Shown: positions 1-10,011, counted from the stretch's first letter. The stretch is DNA of 64,000 bases from Candidatus Saccharimonadota bacterium (GCA_028289015.1 JAQGHC010000015.1:9210-73209), one strand, 5' to 3'. The notes: generated by a model from the letters alone, not told the origin. Numbers and translations are program-made.

Positions 1-1
1 A

Positions 2-526
2 GATATTCGGGCCAATCAGATTATTCGCGACAGGATACGGCCGGCATTCCAAAAAAACGATTATTTTGCCGGCGTTAATGCGGGTGTTGATGGAATTATT
101 GCGGCGATTCACGGTGAAGTTGATCCGAACTTGTCGACAGAAGTTGCAAACAGCGCACCAGCAGATTTTCCATGGGAGTTTTTGCTATTTTTTGGATTGA
201 TGGGGTTTAGCTGGCTAGGCTCGGTACTGGGCCGTACAAAAAGCTGGTGGGCTGGTGGTATCGTTGGTGGTATAGTCGGCGCTATGATCGGATTTATTTT
301 TGGCTTTATATTCATTGGGATTGCTAGTATCGTCGCGTTGACATTGTTAGGTTTATTGTTCGATAAAATCGTCTCGGCCAACTATCGTTCGCATGCGAGC
401 CACGGTGATGCACCAAGCTGGTGGGCGGGCGGTCCGTTCATTGGTGGCGGAAGAGGATCCGACGGCGGCTTCGGGGGATTCGGCGGCGGTGGATTCGGCG
501 GCGGCGGTGCAAGTGGCGATTGGTAG
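2..526 (+). CDS. TPM-domain (YgcG-like) membrane protein, 5'-truncated by window edge
   Basis: Frame is open from base 2 (DIRANQIIRDRIRPAFQKNDYFAGVNAGVDGI), then TM helices and a Gly-rich tail GGFGGFGGGGFGGGGASGDW typical of TPM proteins. Confidence 0.85.
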   Translation, partial: DIRANQIIRDRIRPAFQKNDYFAGVNAGVDGIIAAIHGEVDPNLSTEVANSAPADFPWEFLLFFGLMGFSWLGSVLGRTKSWWAGGIVGGIVGAMIGFIFGFIFIGIASIVALTLLGLLFDKIVSANYRSHASHGDAPSWWAGGPFIGGGRGSDGGFGGFGGGGFGGGGASGDW

Positions 527-616
527 GGGGTAGTCAGCTGAGGGGGCTGATTAAAAATAGGTGAGAATAGCTTAATTGACGACTCTGTATCCGCAGAGTA
601 TGTTAAAATAGCAGCA

Positions 617-1165
617 ATGAATTTGGTGGGTAAAAACAAACAACCAGGCTTTACTATTGTCGAACTTTTAATCGTCATTGTTGTCATTGGAATATTAGCT
701 GCGATTACCGTCGTCGCCTATAGCGGCGTGCAAGCGAAGGCTCAAAACGCTTCCCGACTGAGCGAGGCAGAGCAAGTGGCAAAGATACTAACGGTGTACA
801 GGGTGCAAAATGGAGAGTATCCCGCTTTTCCAAGTGGCAGTATTTCAGTTTGCGTCGGGGAGGGCTTTAGTGATCTTAATGCTGATGGTGTAGCTGATTG
901 TTGGGATGCTAATAAAACGGGAACATCCAATGCTCATCCCAATGCTGCGTTTAACGCTGCATTAAAAACAGTGGCGACATTACCGGTTGGCAATAGGACA
1001 CCAATTGCATCAGGCACATATCTTCGGTTAGGGCCGGTATTTACGTTAGTAGGGGGTGTGACGTACTACGTCCATTATTGGCTACAAGGTTCTTCATGTC
1101 CAGCTGGAACTATGACGTGGAGTGACACTCTAACAGTTAGATGTTCGATTATGCTTGAATCTTAA
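617..1165 (+). CDS. Type IV pilin / prepilin-type N-terminal cleavage-methylation protein
   Basis: GFTIVELLIVIVVIGILAAITVVAYSGVQ class III signal peptide; Cys pairs in the globular domain. Confidence 0.92.
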   Translation: MNLVGKNKQPGFTIVELLIVIVVIGILAAITVVAYSGVQAKAQNASRLSEAEQVAKILTVYRVQNGEYPAFPSGSISVCVGEGFSDLNADGVADCWDANKTGTSNAHPNAAFNAALKTVATLPVGNRTPIASGTYLRLGPVFTLVGGVTYYVHYWLQGSSCPAGTMTWSDTLTVRCSIMLES

Positions 1166-1243
1166 CCTCTCTATGGTTAATAAAAAGTAAATTACTTCAG
1201 TTGAAGCAGCCATCCGTCTATCACCCGCGGTATAATAGTAGAT

Positions 1244-2530
1244 ATGAATACGATTACTTGCACAACGTGCGGCACAAATATCGAGGTTGACAAGGCATTA
1301 GAAGGGCAAATTGAAGCCCGTATTATTGCTGCCGAGCAGCACAAGCACAAATTAGAAATGGAAAAGATTCGCGAGGAGGCGGCAAAATACGTCAAGGCTG
1401 AGCGAGATTCTGCGACGAAACTAGCAAATAAGCAGCTGGAAGGTGAAAAGGAATTATTAAAACAGCAATTAGATGCTGAGCTGGATTTAGCGAAAAAGAA
1501 ACTCGAACTTGAGCTATCTTCGTCGCAAAAAAAATCCGCCGCCGAGCAAGAGTCTCTTGTAAAGAATTTACGTGACGATGCCGAAAGTGAAAAAGAAGCG
1601 AATAAAAAACTTCGTGAACAATTAAGTGAACTGATGCAGTCGCTGCGAGAGGAAAAACAGGCACATGCGAACGCCGAACTTGAGGCGCAAAAGAAGTTAG
1701 CTGAAGGTGAAGACAAGATTCGTCAAGATGTCCAAAAAGCAGCTGAAGAAAAATACCACTTGCGTATTTTGGAACAGGAAAAAAAGCTCGCCGATACGCA
1801 AAAAGCATTAGAAGATGCGCAGCGCAAGGCTACCCAAGGGTCGCAGCAAAATCAAGGTGAAGTGCTAGAGCTGGACTTAGAAAATCGCCTACGTGAAGAA
1901 TTTCCATACGATCAGTTAGAGGAAGTAAAAAAGGGCCAACGTGGCGCTGACATTAAGCAGATGGTCAACAATCAGTTAGGCGTCTCGTGCGGTGTATTGC
2001 TGTGGGAAACAAAGAATGGCAAGTGGCAGCCTGCGTGGGTGCCAAAATTTAAACAAGATATTCGTGAGGCCGGAGCAAATATCGGAGTAATTGTCTCGCA
2101 AGAAATCCCGAGTGATATGGGCGACATGAAGCATCTGGAAAATAATCTGTGGGTCGTCAAACCAAAGCTTGCGCCTGTTCTTGCTACTGCGCTGCGCGCA
2201 ACGATATTGCAGGTTGATGCAGCGAATAAAATGAGTAATGGCAAAGACGCAAAAATGGAAGCGCTGTACCAATTCTTGGTCGGGCCCGAATTTCGCCACC
2301 GCGTCGAAGCTATCGTGGAAAACTACGGAACATTACAGGCCGAGATTGAAAAGGAGAAGCGATCAGCTGCGCTTCGTTGGGCGCATCAAGAAAAAGCGAT
2401 TCGTGCAGTAATCGATAACACTATTGGCATGTATGGAGACCTGCAAGGTATCACCAGCAGAGCCTTGCCTGTAATTAAATCACTCGAGATTGACGAAGAA
2501 GAAGCGCAAGAACCACAGCGTCTACTATAA
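1244..2530 (+). CDS. DUF2130-family coiled-coil protein
   Basis: N-terminal CxxC, long coiled coil, then GSQQNQGEVLEL...EEVKKGQRGADI...LWETK...W motif. Confidence 0.85.
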   Translation: MNTITCTTCGTNIEVDKALEGQIEARIIAAEQHKHKLEMEKIREEAAKYVKAERDSATKLANKQLEGEKELLKQQLDAELDLAKKKLELELSSSQKKSAAEQESLVKNLRDDAESEKEANKKLREQLSELMQSLREEKQAHANAELEAQKKLAEGEDKIRQDVQKAAEEKYHLRILEQEKKLADTQKALEDAQRKATQGSQQNQGEVLELDLENRLREEFPYDQLEEVKKGQRGADIKQMVNNQLGVSCGVLLWETKNGKWQPAWVPKFKQDIREAGANIGVIVSQEIPSDMGDMKHLENNLWVVKPKLAPVLATALRATILQVDAANKMSNGKDAKMEALYQFLVGPEFRHRVEAIVENYGTLQAEIEKEKRSAALRWAHQEKAIRAVIDNTIGMYGDLQGITSRALPVIKSLEIDEEEAQEPQRLL

Positions 2531-2622
2531 TGCTGTTATCTTTTTTACAGATTCACTCGCAAGTCTAGCCGTATACTAGACAAGCAATTAGTGGAAGTCA
2601 TTTAACGCATAGGAGGTATAAC

Positions 2623-3522
2623 ATGGGTGATAAAGACCAGTATACAATGCAGGATCCGACTAGGCAGTATCCAGCCTTGGATATTCCCGAACAAACACAA
2701 CGGGAGCCGGGTTTAGATGCCAATCTACAGCCAAAAGCAGACCATGGAGAAACAACCTATCGCGGCACTGGTCGCTTGCAAGGGCGAAAAGCGGTTATTA
2801 CGGGCGCGGATTCGGGTATCGGCCGCGCCGTGGCAATAGCGTACGCCCGGGAGGGTGCTGACGTAGTGATCACATATTTGCCAAGCGAAGAGACTGACGC
2901 TAAAGATGCGATGCGTATTATGAAAGAGGCCGGGCACAATGTGTATGGCTTGGCAGGAGATTTAACTTCCGAGGATTTCTGCAAAGAGCTTATTAGTTTT
3001 GGGGCTGATAAAATGGGGTCTATCGATATTTTAGTAAACAACGCGGGTAAGCAGGTGTATGTTCCGAATATCGAGGATTTGTCGACCGATCAACTAGTAA
3101 GCACGTTTACTGTTAATATTTTTGCAATGTTTTGGTTGTCTAAGGAGGTACTGGCGCATATGCCGCCCGGCGGGACAATTATCAATACGGCATCTATCCA
3201 GGCGTACCAGCCATCGCCTGGCTTGCTAGATTACGCAAGTACAAAGGCTGCGATAGTTAACTTTACTCATGGCTTGGGTAAGCAGCTGGCACCGCGAGGT
3301 ATTCGGGTGAACGCCGTCGCACCTGGTCCAATCTGGACACCACTCCAGCCGAGTCATGGTCAGCCACAGGAGAAATTGGTGCAATTTGGCCAAAACACCC
3401 CAATGGGTCGCCCCGGACAGCCAGCCGAGTGTGCGCCGGCGTATGTTTTCTTGGCGTCACAAGAATCGAGCTATACGACTGGCGAAGTAATAGGTGTTAC
3501 CGGTGGGCAGCACTTGCCCTAA
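2623..3522 (+). CDS. SDR-family oxidoreductase (YghA/YhdF-like)
   Basis: TGADSGIGRA Rossmann motif, NNAG, catalytic YASTK; AGGAGG RBS upstream. Confidence 0.93.
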   Translation: MGDKDQYTMQDPTRQYPALDIPEQTQREPGLDANLQPKADHGETTYRGTGRLQGRKAVITGADSGIGRAVAIAYAREGADVVITYLPSEETDAKDAMRIMKEAGHNVYGLAGDLTSEDFCKELISFGADKMGSIDILVNNAGKQVYVPNIEDLSTDQLVSTFTVNIFAMFWLSKEVLAHMPPGGTIINTASIQAYQPSPGLLDYASTKAAIVNFTHGLGKQLAPRGIRVNAVAPGPIWTPLQPSHGQPQEKLVQFGQNTPMGRPGQPAECAPAYVFLASQESSYTTGEVIGVTGGQHLP

Positions 3523-3611
3523 TATTCGCACATGGTTATGCTTGCAAAATGATGAAATCGTATTACAATTACGATATTCCGAGTTAGTCCCCGATTTATT
3601 TTGGAAGGTAC

Positions 3612-3902
3612 GTGATTATCATGAGTGAATTTGAAATGATGCCGATTGAGCTTCTGCAGAAGCAAGTTGAGGAGGCGCGTAGCAACCTCGAGGCCGCAGA
3701 TGCCGGCACGGGCAAGACGCATATGAACGATGCCGAAGTACTGGTCGTCAAGGCAGAAATTGCTCGTCGGCTCAACCGCATGGCATTTTACCTCAGTCAG
3801 CGTGACTGCTTGGCGAGTGAAGATTTCGCCATAATCGCCGGCGAGTGCCGCGTGTATCTGGTTCGAAAGGTCGATATGCTCGAGGCCGTGTCCATTTCAT
3901 GA
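3612..3902 (+). CDS. Hypothetical small protein (ORFan cassette)
   Basis: 96-aa ORF with GGAAGG upstream, TTGCAA-type promoter and a downstream hairpin; start could be ATG 3621. Confidence 0.65.
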   Translation: MIIMSEFEMMPIELLQKQVEEARSNLEAADAGTGKTHMNDAEVLVVKAEIARRLNRMAFYLSQRDCLASEDFAIIAGECRVYLVRKVDMLEAVSIS

Positions 3903-3926
3903 AATCAATCCTGACTACAAACTCGG

Positions 3927-3958
3927 ATAAGCCCCTGGCAAAATTGTCGGGGGCTTAT
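3927..3958 (+). terminator. Hairpin / probable intrinsic terminator
   Basis: ATAAGCCCCTGGCAA...TTGTCGGGGGCTTAT inverted repeat after the 3612 ORF. Confidence 0.7.
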
Positions 3959-3987
3959 TCATGCCTTGTCGGGTATAATAGAATGCA

Positions 3988-4881
3988 ATGATTACTTACT
4001 ACACAGACGGCAGCGCAAGTCCAAATCCTGGCCCTGGGGGATTTTCGGTTATAAAGGAACTACAACCACATATTCTTGGTAGCGAAGATGGCGCGACGAC
4101 AAACATCCGCATGGAGGGCAAGGCGATCTTAACGGCACTGCATGACGCGGGCGGCGAGCAGTGTGAGATTTTCACGGACAGCGAATTTTGGATTAACGTG
4201 ATTACAAAATGGGCGCCAAGCTGGGAAGCTAAAGGTTGGAAGAAGCCTGGTGGTGAAATCAAGAATCTAGACATCGTCCGTGAGGTGTATCCGCTATATA
4301 AGCAATCTAACGCAACATTGACCTGGGTGCGGGGGCATGAAGGTGACATTGGCAACGAGTTGGCTGATGAATGGGCCAATAAAGCTCGCGAAAATGGTGA
4401 TGTCGGACCGGTTTATGTGAAAGACCAGGCCCCAAAATCAGCTGAAGAGTATATGGATGAATACTTAGCGCTAGGCACCATAATGCAGCTGGCGACGAGC
4501 AGTGGTAATAAGCCATGGATATCGACAGTTTATTACGTCGCAGACAGTGAGCGTAATATTTACTGGCTTAGTTTGCCAGAACGTCGGCATAGCAAAGAAG
4601 TGCAAGTGAATCCTGAAGTTGCTGTCGCCATCGCGATCAAGCAAGACATTCCCGTCATCGGTATTCAGGCATCAGGTCAAGTAGCGGTTGTAGATGATCC
4701 TGTGAGGGTTGAAAAGATGCTTGCATTGTATGTGACAAAATATAAGGGCGCAGGCAAAGACTTTCACCAGCGATTTATTGACGGCAAAAATAAGCACCAA
4801 CTATACTGCTTGACGCCGAGCTTGCTCGTGCTGTTTGACGAAGCTCATTTTAAAGAACAGCCTGTTCAAAAAATTATTTAA
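3988..4881 (+). CDS. rnhA: Ribonuclease HI fused to a pyridoxamine-5'-phosphate-oxidase-like (split barrel) domain
   Basis: YTDGSASPNPGPGG, TNIRME, TDSEF, WVRGHEGDIGNELAD in the N-half; MQLAT...KPWISTVYY...IYWLS...RRHSKEVQVNPEVA in the C-half. Confidence 0.88.
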   Translation: MITYYTDGSASPNPGPGGFSVIKELQPHILGSEDGATTNIRMEGKAILTALHDAGGEQCEIFTDSEFWINVITKWAPSWEAKGWKKPGGEIKNLDIVREVYPLYKQSNATLTWVRGHEGDIGNELADEWANKARENGDVGPVYVKDQAPKSAEEYMDEYLALGTIMQLATSSGNKPWISTVYYVADSERNIYWLSLPERRHSKEVQVNPEVAVAIAIKQDIPVIGIQASGQVAVVDDPVRVEKMLALYVTKYKGAGKDFHQRFIDGKNKHQLYCLTPSLLVLFDEAHFKEQPVQKII

Positions 4882-4896
4882 AAACGATCGGACTAT

Positions 4897-5460
4897 ATGC
4901 GAGAAATCGAGATTAAAGCGAGTATAAGTTCCGTTGAGTCCATCATTGCTATTTTTACTAGTCAAGGTGTGGCCGTTAGTGATCCTGTGACGCAGCGCGA
5001 CCGTGTTTATGGCCAGATAGGTATCGATGGGGCTGGTGAAAACACTGCGCCGTGGTTACGTATCCGTAGCGAAACGAAACAGGGCAGTACTAAGCATATC
5101 TTCACTTTGAAACGCTCCATTACCAATCAAATGGATAGTATTGAACACGAGACGGAAGTGGCCGATGAGATTGGAATTGAACATATTATCGAACAGCTGG
5201 GATTTGAGATTTATTCCGATCTCACCAAGACACGACAGAAGGCGAATGTTGGCGAAATTGAAATCTGTATTGATGCAGTTAATGAGCTGGGGGCTTTTAT
5301 TGAGGCGGAAAAGCTCACTGCTGATGAAGTCGACTACGATGCAGTTATTCGTGAGTTATGGCGCGTCTTTGAATCACTAGGTGTTAATCATGAAAACGAA
5401 GTGGTGGACGGTTATGATGTCTTGATGAATAAAAAACTGGCCACAGTTATAGACAAGTGA
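4897..5460 (+). CDS. CYTH-domain protein (class IV adenylate cyclase-like)
   Basis: N-terminal EIEIK motif, LRIR, FTLK, EHETEV, KTR, GAFIEAE, GYD. Confidence 0.88.
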   Translation: MREIEIKASISSVESIIAIFTSQGVAVSDPVTQRDRVYGQIGIDGAGENTAPWLRIRSETKQGSTKHIFTLKRSITNQMDSIEHETEVADEIGIEHIIEQLGFEIYSDLTKTRQKANVGEIEICIDAVNELGAFIEAEKLTADEVDYDAVIRELWRVFESLGVNHENEVVDGYDVLMNKKLATVIDK

Positions 5461-5471
5461 AATAAATTAAA

Positions 5472-6233
5472 ATGATTATTTTGTTAGCACCGTCAAAAAC
5501 GATGAACTTTCAACCGGTAAGCTCACTTTCGGTGCCCACTACTATGCCACATTTCTATGCGCAAGCAGTTGAGATTGTGCATACGGTTTGTCAAATGGAT
5601 GATTTAGCGCCACTGATGCGTACCAGCCGTACGATTGCAGATAAGACAAAGTCAGCCTACGCAAGATGGGGCGAAAAAAATAACCCAAGTCTTTATGCCT
5701 ATGTCGGTGACGTGTACAAAGGGTTTTACGCGCCGACGCTCACAAGCGATGGCATTACATGGGCACAAAAGCATGTATTTATTTTAAGCGGACTATACGG
5801 TGCGCTACGACCGCTTGACTTAATCTCTGCTTATCGCCTTGAAATGAAAGCGAAGCTGCCGGTAGGCCCTGCAAAAAATTTATATGAATTTTGGGGCAAC
5901 AAAGTAGCGAAGTATGTTGGCGATGCTGCCGATGGAGTTATCTGTGTTTTATCGTCAGACGAATACGCCAAGGTAGTAACGGCGCATACGGGCTGTCGTG
6001 TCATAACGCCTGTTTTTCTTGATAAAAAACCAAATGGTATGATTGGGACGGTTCCTATATACAGTAAAATGATGCGCGGCGTAATGGCGAGGTGGTTAAT
6101 TGATAATCATATCGACACACCTGAACGAATAATAGAATTTTCAATGTACGGTTACTCGTACGACGCGGGTCATAGTATTGATGACCGTCCAGCATTTTAT
6201 CGAGAGGTAATGACGCCGCTTCGATTCAACTAA
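5472..6233 (+). CDS. yaaA: YaaA/DUF328 peroxide-stress protein
   Basis: LLAPSKTM start, YVGDVYKG, ILSGLYGALRPLDLISAYRLEM, KMMRGVMARW. Confidence 0.9.
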   Translation: MIILLAPSKTMNFQPVSSLSVPTTMPHFYAQAVEIVHTVCQMDDLAPLMRTSRTIADKTKSAYARWGEKNNPSLYAYVGDVYKGFYAPTLTSDGITWAQKHVFILSGLYGALRPLDLISAYRLEMKAKLPVGPAKNLYEFWGNKVAKYVGDAADGVICVLSSDEYAKVVTAHTGCRVITPVFLDKKPNGMIGTVPIYSKMMRGVMARWLIDNHIDTPERIIEFSMYGYSYDAGHSIDDRPAFYREVMTPLRFN

Positions 6234-6273
6234 TGCTTGCATGTAAATATCAGATGGAGCAAAATATTGATAC

Positions 6274-6993
6274 ATGGAACACGACCGTCATACGCCAGAG
6301 CAGCTGAACTTGATCGAAAAGGAATTTGTAACTGAAACTCTCTACGCCGCCAGGCAAGCATTAATTGTGCGTCAGGGCATCTCAGAATATATCCATCAAC
6401 CCTTAGAGGCAACTCGGTCATGGCTAGATGGCGCAACTAATACGCAACATAGGCATACGTTCGTCACGGCGTATTATAATGAGCTTCCAGGTTATGGGTA
6501 TCATTTGTCTCATGTTGAAGACCAAGTAAGCCAATTTATGTATCTTGAGTCTCATTTGCAGAATAATATCATAATGCAGTTGCTGTCTAGCTTAGATCAA
6601 AAGGGGGATAGTAAAGGTATTGATGCCAATATATATCTTGCCTCAATCAAGCGTCTTGACGCGTTGGCTAATGGCAATCCTAGCACGGCAAATCCGTCAA
6701 ATCTAAAGAGTTTAATACGCTATACGCAGCGTATCGACACGCAGTATCAAAGCAACGACATCGATTGTGTGATAACAAAGAAGGTGCTTGTTCAGGAGTT
6801 ATTGGATGACCAAGTGCTGTCAGAGGTTGTATACGGTGCACACGCTAATGATGATTTCCTGGAAGTGTCATTCGAGGATGTTGAAGGGTTGTTTTATTCA
6901 TTAAGCGAAAACTTGGCATATAGCGATATCGCACGTGATATTAGCGAAATGCAATATATTCTGTCGCGCCTTAAGCTAACAGCAGGTGAGTAG
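6274..6993 (+). CDS. Hypothetical protein
   Basis: 239-aa ORF co-oriented with neighbours; no recognisable motif. Confidence 0.7.
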   Translation: MEHDRHTPEQLNLIEKEFVTETLYAARQALIVRQGISEYIHQPLEATRSWLDGATNTQHRHTFVTAYYNELPGYGYHLSHVEDQVSQFMYLESHLQNNIIMQLLSSLDQKGDSKGIDANIYLASIKRLDALANGNPSTANPSNLKSLIRYTQRIDTQYQSNDIDCVITKKVLVQELLDDQVLSEVVYGAHANDDFLEVSFEDVEGLFYSLSENLAYSDIARDISEMQYILSRLKLTAGE

Positions 6994-7068
6994 TGTCGCG
7001 CCGTAGGGTCTTCATCGACTACCGCTAGTATACTAGAAAAATTACAACGACAGTTGTATAGTCATGAC

Positions 7069-7674
7069 ATGAGCGAATGGCGTGATGCTGGACTATCTAC
7101 CTACGAACGAATCGAAGAGTATGAATTCGTTTCGCAGGATAGGCTTGCGCACCTTTCAGATTGCCTCGATTATTTGTATAAAAACTATATTGACGGAGCT
7201 ATTGATGACAGTAGTAGGATGTATGATGGTTCAGACAAAGATCGAAAAGTGCAAACATTAAATATTACATATAGTAATTTTCAATTTAATGACTATCACG
7301 AAGGCGTCGTAACGGAATCTGCCATATCATTGCAAATCGTTAAAGATAAAAAAGATGCTGTTCGAGAAAGTCGCACTATGACAATTGAGCGAAACATCGC
7401 CGTGGAGCGTAAAAGTAAGCAAAAGACCGACGCTATTTTCAGTGATGAAACAAGCATAGCGTACAAGGCATTTACCGAATATTTTTTGGTTAATAAGTTA
7501 GTCGGTGGTGGTTATAGCGCGTATGTCTCGAGACTTGAGGGTCATTCGACAATGACAGAAGTGAATTATGAACCAATGTCACTATATGACTTAGCTGATT
7601 TTGTTTCAGAACTAGATAAAATTGCCGATCTGTATGCGTCATATAAAATCGAACGTGCTATTATGGAACAGTAA
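7069..7674 (+). CDS. Hypothetical protein
   Basis: ~201-aa ORF (ATG 7069; TTG 7054 possible); no recognisable motif. Confidence 0.7.
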   Translation: MSEWRDAGLSTYERIEEYEFVSQDRLAHLSDCLDYLYKNYIDGAIDDSSRMYDGSDKDRKVQTLNITYSNFQFNDYHEGVVTESAISLQIVKDKKDAVRESRTMTIERNIAVERKSKQKTDAIFSDETSIAYKAFTEYFLVNKLVGGGYSAYVSRLEGHSTMTEVNYEPMSLYDLADFVSELDKIADLYASYKIERAIMEQ

Positions 7675-7683
7675 CCAAACTAA

Positions 7684-7781
7684 ATATCAAGAGAGCGAAG
7701 AGGGATCGGCCTGATGACTCGCCAGCAACCTGCAGTATTTGCAAGGTGCTAATTCCGCCTGATAGCTATCAGGAAAGATAT
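7684..7781 (+). ncRNA. SAM-I (S-box) riboswitch aptamer
   Basis: ATATCAAGAG...GAGGGATCGGCCTGATGA...CAGCAACC...AAGGTGCTAATTCC...GAAAGATAT matches S-box consensus; P1 ATATC/GATAT; directly upstream of metK. Confidence 0.93.
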
Positions 7782-7804
7782 ACGAGTATCTTCTTTGTAG
7801 AACG

Positions 7805-7853
7805 AAACTCCTTTCCTATTGCCATGATCAGGGCAGATAGAAAGGAGTTTTTT
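7805..7853 (+). promoter_or_regulatory. Riboswitch expression platform: hairpin sequestering the metK RBS, followed by a T-run
   Basis: AAACTCCTTTC...GAAAGGAGTTT pairs over the AAGGAG RBS; T-run immediately before ATG 7855. Confidence 0.8.
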
Positions 7854-7854
7854 C

Positions 7855-8838
7855 ATGTCTGTAGCCACTAATTACCGAACCGCCGAGAGCGTTTCACCTA
7901 AGCATCCCGACAAGATTGCTGATCAAATATCGGATGCAATCCTGGATGCTCATCTACGTGAAGATCCACTCGCCCGTGTGGCTGTCGATGTCGCTGGCGG
8001 TCACGGTAAAGTATTTGTCACTGGTGAAGTGACGTCTAATGCAAAAAATGTTGATGTTGCAGCTATCGTAAAAAGACTAGCGGGCGACGTCGAGTTAATT
8101 GAGCATATCGCCGCGCAAAGTCCGGAGATAGCCGCCGGCGTTGATACGGGTGGAGCTGGTGATCAGGGTATTATGATTGGCTATGCAACCAGTGAAACTG
8201 CAGAGTTCTTACCGCTTGAAGTCGTCTTGGCTCGACGTCTGAACCAGTACTTATTTAAAATATGGCCCTATGATGGCAAAACGCAGGTGACGTTGGACGG
8301 CGGTAGAATAGTTCATATTGTCGCGAGTTTTCAGCACGCGCCACAAACAGAGCTGACTGAACAGGTGAAGGCTTGGATAGCGAGTGACGAATTGGCTGAT
8401 GTTGACGAAGCGCATCTCGATATATACGCCAACCCAGCAGGTGACTGGAAGATCGGTGGCTTTGATGCGGATGCCGGACTAACGGGGCGCAAGTTGGCGG
8501 TAGACAATTATGGCCCGCGTATACCAGTCGGTGGCGGGGCATTCAGCGGTAAAGATCCAAGCAAGGTTGATCGTAGTGCTGCCTATATGGCTCGAAAGAT
8601 CGCGATTGATTACTTAAAAGATCGCCAGGCGGCAGAAGTATTCGTTCGTCTGGCGTATGCAATTGGTGTTGCTGAGCCAATGGAAATGACGGTTATCGTT
8701 GACGGAATAGCGGAAAAGGGTGTAGGCTATGACGTAACACCAAACGGGATAATTGACAGCCTCGACCTACGGCGCCCGATATACGAACAAACTGCTCGTT
8801 ATGGACACTTCGGTCAGGGGTTTGACTGGGAGAAGTGA
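7855..8838 (+). CDS. metK: S-adenosylmethionine synthetase
   Basis: TAESVSPKHPDKIADQISDAILD, GAGDQG, DAGLTGRK, GGGAFSGKDPSKVDRSAAY, TARYGHFG. Confidence 0.97.
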   Translation: MSVATNYRTAESVSPKHPDKIADQISDAILDAHLREDPLARVAVDVAGGHGKVFVTGEVTSNAKNVDVAAIVKRLAGDVELIEHIAAQSPEIAAGVDTGGAGDQGIMIGYATSETAEFLPLEVVLARRLNQYLFKIWPYDGKTQVTLDGGRIVHIVASFQHAPQTELTEQVKAWIASDELADVDEAHLDIYANPAGDWKIGGFDADAGLTGRKLAVDNYGPRIPVGGGAFSGKDPSKVDRSAAYMARKIAIDYLKDRQAAEVFVRLAYAIGVAEPMEMTVIVDGIAEKGVGYDVTPNGIIDSLDLRRPIYEQTARYGHFGQGFDWEK

Positions 8839-8841
8839 GCC

Positions 8842-9423
8842 ATGACAGAAACATTGAATCGTAAACCTCAAATCGAACTGCCAACACCGACACAACTGCG
8901 TCGTTTCGCTGCTACTGCAATGGCAGCTGCGAATGCAAGTAACAAGCTCCACAAGAGGCAGGGATCTTACGAGCCAACCTTTGTGTGGGTTGATGCAAAA
9001 TACAACTTTCAAGACGGTAAGGCGGAGCAGTTTGAGCGACGATCTGGACGATTTGCGCGTCGGGTTTTAGATATCGTTCATGATAATGCGGAGAATGGCT
9101 TAGAGAAAATCGTACCTGCAGATCGCTGGAGTTTACGATACAGCGAACTTATACAGGATAATTTATATGGCAATGAATGGGTTGGCACATTAAAACGTTA
9201 TGCTTTTGAATGGGATAACTGGGGTACGATTGAATCCCGTTGCACAATAATGGATGCTTCTGCTATGCATAAGAATAAAATCTTCCCTACAATAGACGAC
9301 GAAGGGAGTGTCGATACGGAGTTCACATCTCTTAACCCGTCAGTTCGTCATGCGATTGTAGGCAAAGAGCATTTCGGTGAGCTTATCGCTGGCGTTCGAT
9401 CGTATCGAGCAACGTTGGAATAA
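8842..9423 (+). CDS. Hypothetical protein (apparent paralog of 9457..10011)
   Basis: 193-aa ORF 3 bp after the metK stop; shares RRV(L/I) and Y.FEW motifs with the next ORF. Confidence 0.75.
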   Translation: MTETLNRKPQIELPTPTQLRRFAATAMAAANASNKLHKRQGSYEPTFVWVDAKYNFQDGKAEQFERRSGRFARRVLDIVHDNAENGLEKIVPADRWSLRYSELIQDNLYGNEWVGTLKRYAFEWDNWGTIESRCTIMDASAMHKNKIFPTIDDEGSVDTEFTSLNPSVRHAIVGKEHFGELIAGVRSYRATLE

Positions 9424-9456
9424 TTATTAGAAAATAATGCAAAAAGTAAAGGGCAT

Positions 9457-10011
9457 ATGAGTTATCGCGAATCACCACCTGCAGTCAATCAATTGGAGAA
9501 ACTCGCTTTGATCGGTGGAACTCGTCCGCGTAAAGCGGCGTACGGGGCGTCTTTGCATGAGCAGGAGAAATACTTTGCAATCGATAGCCTCGATTCAATT
9601 GTCGTACGCGGAGAAGACGAAAATTTAGAAAGCGTGCGTCATAGTATGGGGGTTCGAATGGGACGGAGGGTGATTAATGCCGTCAACGAGGTGTGTCGAT
9701 TGGAGTATGTTGAAGCATACCATGTTGAGTGCGAGACGCATCAGCAGATTAAATCGGTGACGAAATACAAATTCGAATGGAATAAAAAAGAAGTCCTATT
9801 GGCACGTAGAGCTACTTTATTGACGACTAGTCAGGAGAGGGGGTATATCCGAAATATTGGTGATACAGTCCTTAATTTTTATGTTCCCGATGATGCCGCC
9901 TCGATTCTTGACGCGGAAATAGCCTGCGCCGAGGTGACCTACGATGACTGCGAGCAGTTCATTAAAGATACAAACGCATATTACAAACACGTTAACCTCG
10001 TGAACCGGTAG
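9457..10011 (+). CDS. Hypothetical protein (apparent paralog of 8842..9423)
   Basis: 184-aa ORF; GRRVI...LEYVE...KYKFEWN. Confidence 0.75.
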   Translation: MSYRESPPAVNQLEKLALIGGTRPRKAAYGASLHEQEKYFAIDSLDSIVVRGEDENLESVRHSMGVRMGRRVINAVNEVCRLEYVEAYHVECETHQQIKSVTKYKFEWNKKEVLLARRATLLTTSQERGYIRNIGDTVLNFYVPDDAASILDAEIACAEVTYDDCEQFIKDTNAYYKHVNLVNR

